A stretch of 54,676 nt of DNA from Candidatus Parcubacteria bacterium (GTDB lineage: Bacteria; Patescibacteriota; Minisyncoccia; Phycocordibacterales; Zambryskibacteraceae): positions 1 to 54,676 of the forward strand of contig JAIFWO010000002.1 of the NCBI GenBank assembly GCA_019661895.1, written 5' to 3'. Below are positions 36,469 through 48,400 of this stretch, piece after piece. The position numbers and the translations under genes were made by a program. Under the pieces are notes generated by a model. It was not told the origin of the DNA and searched no databases. It worked only from the letters and a program-made list of their open reading frames with translations. Positions within the stretch are counted from its first letter, which is position 1. The number at the start of each line of letters is the position of its first letter.

Positions 36469-39400
36469 GTTTCAAGCGCCTTTCCATCTCAGTGTTGCTC
36501 TTGTCGGTGATCTTCTCACCGCTTAGCCTCTTTGCGCAGGAGATGTCTTCAGGTGGCTACGCTATACAAAGTGATAGCGTAAACTTCGCAGGAGGAAAAA
36601 GCTCCTCAGCTTCCTACAATGTCGAAGATACTGCCGGCGAGATTGCCACCGGCCCTTCAGCAAGCGCGAGCTACAGTTTGAAAGATGCTGGATACCAAAG
36701 CACGACTGGTCCAGTGACGACTCCAGACACTTCGGCGCCGTCGACTCCCGCCAATGTGAATGCTACGGCGGTGTCCTCGGCCAGTATTGAAGTTACCTGG
36801 GACGCTTCGACAGACAATGTCGGGGTGGACAGCTATCGCATATACCGAGACGCGGTGCTCGTTGCCGATGTGGCCATCTTCCCAAGAGATTTTGTCGATA
36901 CTGGCCTAACCCCAGACACCCTCTACGCATATAACGTCTCGGCGGTCGATGCCGCCGGAAATGAGTCAGCTCTCTCGGTATCAGCAAGCGCCCAGACGCT
37001 GGCTCTACCGGTTTCTGTCACGCCGGGATCCTCCCCCGGTTCTTCGTCAGGCCGTACTTTGCAGTTGACCAACTTCATCATAGTGCCGAGTGATACGAGC
37101 GCTCTGGTCTCCTTTACCACCTCAGTGCCTGTGACGACCAAAATAGAGTGGACCGCGTCCGGAGTGGTGCGCAGTGTTCTCAGCAATGAATTGAAGACCG
37201 AACACCACCTTACTCTTAACTCGCTCGTACCGGCGACCGGATACAATGTGCGCATTATTGTCACGACAGCGCTCGGAGTACAGACAACCTTTGAGGGTAT
37301 TGGATTCAGGACGCTCACGGTGGTAAACGTCGTCAGCCCGCTAAACGTCACAAACTTATCCGCTACTCATACAGAGAACGACATCGAGCTTGCCTGGTCC
37401 TTGCCGAAGGATCCTTCGATCGTGGGAGTGCGTCTGGTGCGCTCAACAAGTTTCTATCCGACGTCGCCGGATGACGGGAAAATAATTTTCGAAGACTTTA
37501 ATGGCGGCAAGGCTCTAAACTTCTCCGATACAGACGTGGTGGTGGGAAAGACTTATTACTACGCGATCTTTACCAAAGACATCTCGGGCAACTTTTCCTC
37601 TGGGGTGGTGGCGCATGCGAGCATCCCGCTTCCAGGAGAGCCGGTCGCTACGACCACTCCGCTCGACAATCTGCCTGAAGCCGCTAACGTCGATCCGGCC
37701 ATTGCCGCCCTCGTCACGAAAGACTTCCTCTTTATCCAAGATGGAGACAGCTTGCCTGTATCCGGTGACACGGTCACTATAAACGGCAACAAGAATTTGA
37801 CGGTCGCGCTCAAGTATTACCACCTGCCGGAGGTCTTGAAGACCGTGGCAGTGACTCTGGTGGGATGGGAGAACGGAAGTCCAAAATCCTTCACTTTCCT
37901 TTTGCGCGCCAATCGCGACAAGACTCGTTATGAGGCAACTATCGGTGCTCTGGTGGTGGGAACGTATGGCTTGAAGATCACCGTCATCGACTTCAAGAAT
38001 CAAGGCTTGAAAAAGATCGCCGGCACGCTCGTCGCGGGTGAGAACCTAGAGGCAGCTGCGCAAGAGATTTCTGGTAAGGACATAATGGTAGTCCTCGGCG
38101 TCGCTCTCCTCATATTGTTGGCGGTCTTCGGCAACTGGTTACGCAAATACTTCCTTAGGCGCCGCCGATTTGCTCGGGCGGTCATGCCGGTATTGTTTGC
38201 GGTGTTCCTCTCCGGGATCTTGGCTGCCTCTGTCTTGGCCCAGACATTTAATGCCAGCTTCAATCCTGAAATAAATTATCAAGGAAGGCTCACTGATACG
38301 AGCAATACTCCAGTCGCTGACGATTCGTACAATATGCGCTTCAAGCTCTACACCACTTCGACTGGGGGAGCGCCAATTTGGACTGAGACGGATTCTCTAA
38401 GCGATACGGTGACAGTTTCCTCAGGACTCTTCTCGCTTATGCTCGGTTCGACGACCGCGCTCTCGGGGGTGGACTTCAATCAGACTTTATACCTTTCGGT
38501 AGAGATCGGCGGTACCTCGACTGTACCTGTGTGGGATGGAGAGATGAGCCCAAGAAAGGTGCTTGGCGCGGTGCCTGCGGCATTTGTCTCAGACACACTC
38601 GACGGCCTTGATTCGACGCAGTTTGTCAGAAGCGACGCTACCTCGACCATTGCTTCCTCGTCCTCACAAACACTCCTAACTATCAATCAGACTGGTACAG
38701 GAAACCTTTTGGATATTCAGAAGTCCGGTGTCTCTCAACTTACGGTCGGTGGAACTGGGATAATCTTCACCAACTCCACCGGTACCTCTGCTACCACCAC
38801 TAATCTCTTCGCTACCACCGCCTCCACCACCAACTTCTTCGGAGCTGGACTTAGTACATGTAATAGTGCCGGTAATGCTCTGACCTACAACGGGGCGGGG
38901 AAGTTTGGCTGTGGATCTTTCACTACTGCGGCCTCTTCCACGCTTCTAGCAGACAACAATACCTTCAGCGGTGCTAACACCTTCTCACAAACTATCACTG
39001 GTTCCATCTCCGGTAACGCCGGCAGTGCCACCGTTCTCCAAAATGCTCGTACCATTAACGGCACCTCCTTCAACGGTACGGCCAACATCACGATCATGGC
39101 GGCTTCGTCCACTTTACTCGCAGACAATAATACCTGGACGGGAGGAAATATCTTTGGTAATGCCACAACGACAAATGCCACCACGACCTCTCTGTTTACC
39201 ACAAACGGCACTCTCACAAATCTTTTGTATACGACGGCTAACGGTGGAGCTATTACCTCGACTGGTCTTGGAAGCTTCGCCAATCTTTTTGCCTCTGGAT
39301 CAACGACGCTCCAAAACTTCACTGGTCTTAATTCAACGACGACCAATGCTACGACCACATCGATCTTTAGTGCTATTGCTTCTTCGACCAATCTTTTCTC

Positions 39401-42400
39401 GGCGGCGGCAAGGTTGGGTGCGCTGACCTTGGGAAATATTATAGGCACCACGCAGTGTCTCCATGTTGATACTAACGGAGTAGTCTCTGGTACTGGAGTG
39501 GAGTGCGGTAGCGGTTCTGGCTCCGTCACCTCAGTCTCGAACGTAGATGGTACACTCACCATTTCTCCCACCACTGGAGCAGTCGTTGCCTCACTTAATC
39601 TCGGCACAGGGAATGTCTGGACAGCCGCTTCGACCACCTTTGTAAACGGCGTCACTCTCGGTCGCTCGACTACTACTAACGCCACCACAACAAACTTTTT
39701 TGCCACTACTGCATCCACTACCAACCTCTCAGTCGCTAATACTATTCAAGGATCGGTCTCGGGTAATGCCGGTACGGCAACAGCTCTTCAAAATGCACGT
39801 ACTATTAACGGTACCTCCTTCGACGGCACGGCCAACATCACGATCACGGCGGCTTCGTCTACTCTTCTGGGAGATACTAATACATGGACTGGGGACAATG
39901 TCTTCGGCAACGCCTCCTCTACTAACTTCTTTGCCACTACGGCAAGTTCCACCAATCTCTTCTCCACTGCTCTGACCACCGGCCTCATCACTTCCGGTCT
40001 TGTGAATGGCCAAACAATCTCAAGCGCCGCCAACTTTACCGGCACCCTTACCACCTCGGGTCTCGGCACGTTTGGCAATCTCCTCACTACAGGCTCCTCG
40101 ACGCTCCAAAACTTTACGGCTCTTAACTCCACCTCTACAAATGCGACAACGACGTCATTATTTGCTTCTACGGCTTCTTCAACAAATCTCTTTAGCTCCA
40201 GCGGCAACATCGGTCTTCTAACCATAGGCAACTCCACCTCATCTAACGCTACTTCCACCAATTTCTTTGCCACTACAGCAAGTTCAACGAATCTCTTCTC
40301 AACAAGTTTAAATACAGGCCTTATCACCTCCGGTAACGTTAACGGCCAGACCGTAAGCTCTGCGGCTAACTTCACGGGAACTGTTACCGCCACGGGGGGC
40401 CTCACCACGCTCTCCAATCTCTTGCTTGCTGGCTCGACAACGCTTCAGAATCTGACCTTCGTTAATGCCACTGGTAGTGCTGCTACGACCACGAATTTGT
40501 TTGCTACCAGTTTGACGGCAGGAACGCTCAAGACCACGAGCACTGCTACTATCGGCGGGAGTCTCTTTATCAGTACAGTGCTCAACTGTAATTCCTCATC
40601 ACAATCTCTCCAAACAGACGGGTCTGGTATTGTGTCTTGCGGAACTATAACCGGAGGCGGTGCATCCGTTGGTGGCGGCTGGGCCTCGCTCGCTCCAAAT
40701 ATCGTGAGACTCTCGACGACCACCGATCTTGTCGGTGTCGGCACAACCAGTCCATATGCCAAAGTCTCGATTAACTCTGGCGCCCAAGCTACGACCACCT
40801 TGGCGCTTGTGCCGGTCTCTGGTCAGACGGCTAATATCATAGATATATACGACATCTCCAGTAACCTCTCGAGCGTCTTTACCTCTGGGGGACGATTGGG
40901 CATCGGCTCGACTTCGCCATCATCAATGCTTACTGTCGGCGGGGAAGCATATATAGACGGTGATCTCACCGTCTCTGGAGCGAGCGGTTTACAAAACTTT
41001 ACGGCTCTTAACTCCACCTCGACCTCCGCCACCACTACCAACCTCTTCGCCACTACAGCCTCTACCACGAACTTCTTCGGGGCCGGACTTAGTACTTGCT
41101 CAAGCGCTGGGAACGCCTTGACATATAATGGATCAGGGAAGTTCGGATGCTCGACCATTACCGCGGCTTCCACCACTCTTCTTGTAGACAATAACGCCTT
41201 TACCGGAGCCAATACTTTTGTTGGAGTGACGATTACCCGTTCCACTACCACTCAAGCTACCACTACAAACTTCTTCTCAACTACAGCTTCAAGTACGAAC
41301 CTCTTTAGTACGAACGGCAACATTGGCCTTCTCACTATAGGCAACTCCACCTCATCCAACGCCACTTCCACTAACTTCTTTGCTACTACCGCAAGTTCCA
41401 CTAATCTCTTCTCCACCACTCTTACCACTGGCCTTATCACTTCTGGGCTTATCAATGGCCAAACAATCTCTTCCGCCGCCAACTTCACCGGCTCACTTAC
41501 GGCTTCAGGCTTAGGTACATTTGGTAATCTCTTAACTTCAGGATCTTCTACTTTCCAGAACTTCACTTTCGTTAATGCTACTGGCACCTCGGCTACCACC
41601 ACCAATCTCTTTACCACCACAGCTTCCACTACCAACTTCTTCGGAGCCGGGCTTAGTACATGTAATAGTGCAGGCAATGCTCTTACTTACTCTGGAGGCA
41701 AGTTTGCTTGCTCGAGCGTTACCGCCGCCTCCTCTACGCTCCTCGCAGACAACAACACCTTCACAGGAGCAAACATCTTCAACAACATCACTCGCTCCAC
41801 CACTACTTCCGCTACTACTACCTCGCTCTTCTCTACTACCGCATCATCTACCAATGTCTTCTCCACCAATGGCAATATTGGCCTCTTAACCATAGGCAAC
41901 TCCACCTCATCTAACGCTACTTCCACTAACTTCTTTAGTACTACAGCAAGTTCCACCAACCTCTTCTCCACTGCTCTCACCACTGGTCTCATTACCTCAG
42001 GCAACGTGAACGGCCAGACGATCTCTTCCGCAGCTAACTTCACTGGTACTCTCACTGCTTCTGGCTTAGGAACATTTGGCAATCTTCTCTCCTCTGGTTC
42101 TTCCACCTTCCAAAACATCACCTTCTTGAATTCAACGAGTACCAACGCCACCACGACTTCTCTCTTCACTGCCACCGCCTCCACCACCAACCTCTATGTG
42201 GCCACGGGAGCAGGCTGTCTCCAGGTAGATTCGGCCGGCAAGGTCTTCTCCATTGGCTCTGCTTGTGGTACAGGAAGCGGCTCTGTGACCTCCGTCTCAG
42301 ATAATGGAGGAGGTACGCTCACTATTTCTCCTACCACTGGAGTGGTGTCCGCTTCTATTAATTTGGGCAATTCAAACGTCTGGACGGCCGCTTCCACAAC

Positions 42401-45400
42401 GTTTGTGAATGGAGTGACTTTGGGCCGCTCGACCACTACCAACGCGACTACTACCTCTCTCTTCTCCACTACAGCCTCGAGTACAAATCTTTTTAGTACG
42501 AATGGTAACATCGGTATCCTGACCATAGGTAATGCAACTTCTTCTAACTCATTCTCAAGTACCGCCTCAAGTACTAACCTCTTCTCCACCAATGCCAGCT
42601 TGGGACAGGTAACACTTGCTAACGCCACCTCGACCACTCTCTTCTCCACCGTTGCCTCCTCTACCGATCTCTTCTCTACCGCTCTCACCACTGGCCTCAT
42701 CACTTCCGGCAACATTAACGGCCAGACTATCTCTTCCGCAGCCAACTTCACCGGTACTCTTACTGCTTCTGGCTTAGGAACCTTTGGCAACCTCTTGTCT
42801 TCGGGATCATCCACTTTACAGAACTTCACCTTCGTTAATGCTACTGGCACCTCGGCTACGACCACGAATTTCTTTGCCACTACGGCTTCATCAACAAACT
42901 TGTTCGCGGCTGCCTCTCAGTTAGGATCCGTCACAATCAATAGTATTACCGGCTCCACTCAATGTTTGCGCGTCGACTCGACCGGCAAGATATCCGGCAC
43001 CGGATCAGATTGTTCAACGGCGGGCAGTAGCGGCTCGGTCAATCTTGGTAATCAAGGCCAGGTGCCTTATTACAGCGCCAATGCCACCACGACTCTCTCA
43101 GCCACCTCTACGATATTTATCGCTACCAATGAGAATGTCGGTATAGGCGACACCAATCCGCAAAACAAATTGAGCGTGAATGGAAGCGTGGCCATTACGG
43201 CGGGCAATACCTATAAGTACGACGGCATCAATATCGCCGCTGGAGAAAAGACCTTGAAGAATTACTTCTTCGGCAATGCCGGGAATATAAGCGCCTTGGG
43301 TAGTGACAACGTCGGGGTAGGCGATCTCGCTCTCTTTACCATCGCTGGAGTCTCGGCTGGAGCCTCTTCGAAGAATACGGCCGTGGGCTCGTGTGCTCTC
43401 TGTAATCTTGGCTCTTCGGGAGTTTCCTCGGCCAACACGGCTCTTGGATACCATGCTGGTGCTGGGGTATTGGCTGCCGGTGCCGACGACAACACGGCTG
43501 TAGGAAACCTGACTATCACCGACTCGGTTGGATCACGTAACACCGCCCTCGGATCCGAAGCGCTCTCTCTATTATATGGAAACGGCGGGAGTGCCAATGT
43601 GAAGAATAATACCGCAGTCGGCTTCCAGGCCCTCTCGACCGGGTCTAACTCGATAGCGTCCTCGACGGCTCTTGGTTATATGGCTGGATTCGCAAGCACT
43701 GGATCAGATGATCTCTTCCTTGGCGCTCAGGCAGATGCACTTTCGGGTGGGCTTACTAACGTCACGGCCATCGGTGCCATGGCCAAAGCTGGCAGCTCGA
43801 ACTCATTTATTCTTGGAGGGACAGGAAGCTATGCTGTGAACGTGGGTATCGGCCTTACCACTCCCTCGGCGCGCCTTACCGTAAAAGGTACAAGCGGTCA
43901 GACCAATGATCTTGTGCAAGTAGCCTCGTCGACCGGTACCGCCCTCTTTACCATAGACAGCGTTGGCAATATTACCGCGAGCGGACTTGCTACATTCTCA
44001 GATCTTACTACGACCGGTGTGGCCACATTGCCGAGTATCCTCTTCACCAACGCCACCGGCACCTCGGCTACCACGACTAACTTCTTCTCCACTACCGCCT
44101 CCACCACCAACTTCTTCGGAGCCGGGCTCTCTACTTGTAGCAGTGCCGGCAATGCTCTGACCTACAACGGGGCAGGGAGGTTTGCTTGCGGATCTATTAC
44201 CACTGCGGCTTCTTCAACCCTCCTTGCAGACAACAATACTTGGACAGGTTCCAACATCTGGACAGCCGCTTCTTCAACATTCGTCAACGGAGTGACTCTT
44301 GGTCGCTCCACCACTACTTCAGCTACCACCACCTCTCTCTTCTCCACCACTGCCTCCTCAACCAATCTCTTCTTCACCACCGCTTCCGGAGGCAACCTTA
44401 CCTCATCGGGTATTGGTACCTTTGCCAACCTTCTCTCCAATGGATCATCGACTCTCCAAAACTTCACCTTCGTTAACGCTACCGGCACCTCGGCAACAAC
44501 GACTAACATCTTTGCTACGACCGCCTCCTCTACTAATCTTTTTGCCACCACAGAAAACATCGGCTTCTCACTCATTGGCCGTTCTACTACTACGGCAGCT
44601 ACTACGACTAATCTCTTCTCCACTACCGCCTCAAGTACAAATCTCTTCTCCACCGCTCTGACCACTGGTCTCATTACCTCCGGCAACGTGAATGGCCAAA
44701 CAATTTCTTCCGCTGCCAACTTTACGGGTACTCTAACTGCGACTGGTGGTTTAACCACGCTCTCGAATCTTCAGGTAAACGGGTCTTCGACGCTCCAAAA
44801 CTTCACTGGTCTTAATTCAACGACGACGAATGCGACGTCTACAAGCCTCTTTACCACCACAGCCTCTACCACCAACTTCTTCGGGGCTGGACTTAGTACT
44901 TGCTCAAGCGCTGGGAACGCCCTAACTTACGATGGTGCAGGGAAGTTTGCCTGTGGATCTATTACCACAGCAGCTTCCTCCACTCTCTTAGTTGATAACA
45001 ATGCCTTCACTGGTCTCAATACATTTACGGATTTGAAGTTAGTCACTCGCTCCACTACTACGGCCGCAACAACTACGAATATCTTTAGTACCACCGCTTC
45101 AAGCACCAACTTCTTTAGTACGAATGGAAATATCGGTCTATTAACAATAGGTAATTCCACTTCTTCAAATTCTACTTCTACTAATTTCTTCTCCACTACA
45201 GCAAGTTCGACGAATCTTTTTGCCACCATTCTTAATACTGGAAATATCACATCGACTGGCCTCATTACCGCAGCTAATCTCTTGGCTACAGGTTCATCTA
45301 CTCTCCAGAACTTCACAGGTCTTAATTCAACGACGACGAATGCTACATCTACCAATCTCTTCGCCACTACGGCTTCCACCACCAACTTCTTCGGCGCTGG

Positions 45401-48400
45401 GCTCTCAAGCTGTTCAGGCGCTACCAACGCTCTAACCTACAACGGGGCAGGGAGGTTTGCTTGCGGCTCTATTACCACCGCCGCTTCTTCAACACTTTTG
45501 GCAGACAATAATGCCTTCTCGGGTAACAATTCCTTTGCCAATCTCTTGGTGAATGGCTCTTCCACTTTGCAGAACTTCACCTTTATAAATGCTACTGGTA
45601 CTTCGGCTACGACCACTAATCTCTTCTCTACCACAGCAAGTTCAACAAATCTTTTCTACACTACAGCTTCTGGTGGTAACGAAACACTTTCTGGATTACT
45701 CACCGCTTCAAACATTCGAGCCAACGGCTCCACCACTCTCCAGAACTTCACGGGAGTTAACGCTACTACCTCAGGAGCCACAACAACTAACGCATTTGCA
45801 ACCACTGCTTCCTCAACTAACCTCTTTAGTACGAACGGCAATATCGGACTTCTTACAGTAGGCAATTCAACATCTTCCAACGCCACTTCCACTAACTTCT
45901 TTAGCACTACGGCAAGTTCCACTAATCTCTTCTCCACCACTCTTACCACTGGCCTTATCACTTCTGGGCTTATCAATGGCCAAACAATCTCTTCCGCCGC
46001 CAACTTCACCGGCTCACTTACGGCTTCAGGCTTGGGAACATTTGGGAATCTTCTCTCCAATGGCTCGTCTACACTTCAAAACTTCACCTTTATAAACGCC
46101 ACTGGCACTTCTGCTACCTCAACGAACTTCTTTGCAACCACCGCTTCAAGTACAAATCTCTTTGCCACAAACGAAAACATTGGCTTCTCACTCATTGGCC
46201 GTTCTACTACTACCGCTGCCACTACCACCTCTCTATTCGCTACCACTGCCTCTACTACCAGCTTCTTCGGGGCTGGTCTATCTACCTGTTCTGGTGCTAC
46301 TAATGCCTTGACCTACGATGGAGCGGGGAAGTTTGCTTGCGGTTCGATTACCACCGCCGCTTCTTCTACACTTCTGGCGGACAATAATACCTTCACCGGA
46401 GCAAATATCTTCAATAACATCACCCGCTCTACCACCACTTCAGCTACCACCACCAATCTCTTTAGTACCACTGCTTCAAGCACCAATCTCTTTAGTACTA
46501 ATGGAAATATCGGTCTGTTAACAATAGGAAATTCAACGAGTACTAACGCCACTACGACAAATACATTCTCCACTACAGCTTCCTCAACCAACCTCTTCTC
46601 AACAAGTTTAAATACTGGCTTGATCACTTCTGGGCTTATCAATGGCCAAACAATCTCTTCCGCCGCCAACTTTACGGGTACACTTACCACTTCAGGTCTC
46701 GGCACGTTCGGCAACCTTCTCTCCAATGGATCATCAACTTTCCAAAATATCACCTTCGTTAATGCTACTGGTACCTCGGCTACGACCACTAATCTGTTTG
46801 CGACGACGGCTTCTACCACCAACTTCTTCGGAGCCGGACTTAGTACATGTAATAGTGCATCGAACGCATTGATATACGATGGAGCGGGGAAGTTTGGCTG
46901 TAACACAATCTCTGGTACCGCCGCCTCCTCCACCCTCCTCGCAGACAACAACACCTTCACCGGAGCAAACATCTTCAACAACATCACTCGCTCCACTACT
47001 ACTAATGCCACCACTACTACCATCTTCTCTGGTACTGCCTCTTCCACCAACTTGTTCTCTACTAATGCTAACCTCGGTCTCGTCACAATAGGCAACTCCA
47101 CCTCATCTAACGCCACTACCACCAACCTCTTCTCTACCACAGCAAGTTCAACCAATCTCTTCTTCACCACCGCTTCCGGAGGCAGCCTTACCTCATCGGG
47201 TATTGGTACCTTTGCCAACCTTCTCTCCACAGGCTCTTCCACTCTCCAAAACTTTACAGGTCTTAATTCCACTACCACCAACGCTACTACCACTACTATC
47301 TTTGCTACCACGGCTTCGAGTACCAATCTCTTCGCTACGAATGCCAACCTCGGTCTCGTCACTCTTGGTAGATCTACTACCAGCGATGCAACAACCACCA
47401 ACCTCTTCGCCACCACAGCTTCTACCACTAACTTCTTCGGGGGAGGACTATCAACATGCACCGGCTCAAATGTGCTTCAGTGGAGCGCTGGCAAATTCTC
47501 ATGTGCTGCATCCGCTAGCTCGGCTTCCTCAACCCTCCTCGTAGATAATAACGCCTTTACCGGAGCCAATACCTTTGTGGGAGTGACGATTACTCGTTCT
47601 ACCACCACTTCTGCCACTACTACCTCGCTTTTCAGTACCACGGCTTCTTCTACAAATCTCTTCTCCACCAATGGCAATATCGGACTTCTTACAATAGGCA
47701 ACTCAACTTCTTCTAACTCCACCTCCACCAACCTCTTTGCCACTACCGCAAGTTCGACCAACCTCTTTTCTACGGCTCTGACCACAGGCCTTGTCACTTC
47801 CGGTCTTGTGAATGGCCAAACAATCTCAAGCGCCGCCAACTTCACTGGCACCCTCACTGCCACTGCCGGCTTGACCACTCTTTCAAATCTTTTGGTAACA
47901 GCCTCTTCTACTGTTGGTAACGGCACTCAAGCCGGAGGATTGACTATCAATGGCCAAGCCACTACTACCAATCTTTTAGTGACTGGGTCATCGACACTCC
48001 AAAACTTTAGTTTTGTGAATGCTACTGGTACTTCTGCAACAACAACGAACTTCTTTAGCACCACAGCTTCCTCGACCAATCTCTTCTCGACCTCACTTAA
48101 CACTGGTTTAATTACTTCCGGCAACGTGAATGGCCAAACCATAAGTTCTGCTGCCAACTTCACCGGGACTCTTACTGCGACTGGTGGCCTGACCACTTTG
48201 TCCAATCTTTTCCTCTCTGGCTCAACCACTCTCCAGAACTTCACTGGTATAAATTCCACTACCACCAATGCCACGACTACCTCACTTGCTATTAGAAGTA
48301 TTACTGGTTCGACGCAGTGTTTGCATGTAGATACCAATGGTTTGGTTACCGGCACAGGCAGCGATTGCGGAGCAAGCAGCGCCTCAACCGACAAATTCGC

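Larger units (their letters stand above)
38770..48300 (+). repeat. intragenic array of degenerate Thr/Ser/Asn-rich repeats (TN[LF]F doublets nested in 170-290-aa super-repeats)
   Basis: Recurrent units such as SSTLQNFTFVNATGTSATTTNLFATTASTTNFFGAGLSTC...C, NGNIGLLTIGNSTSSNATSTNFFATTASSTNLFSTALTTGLITSGNVNGQTISSAANFTGTLTASGLGTFGNLL. Confidence 0.85.
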
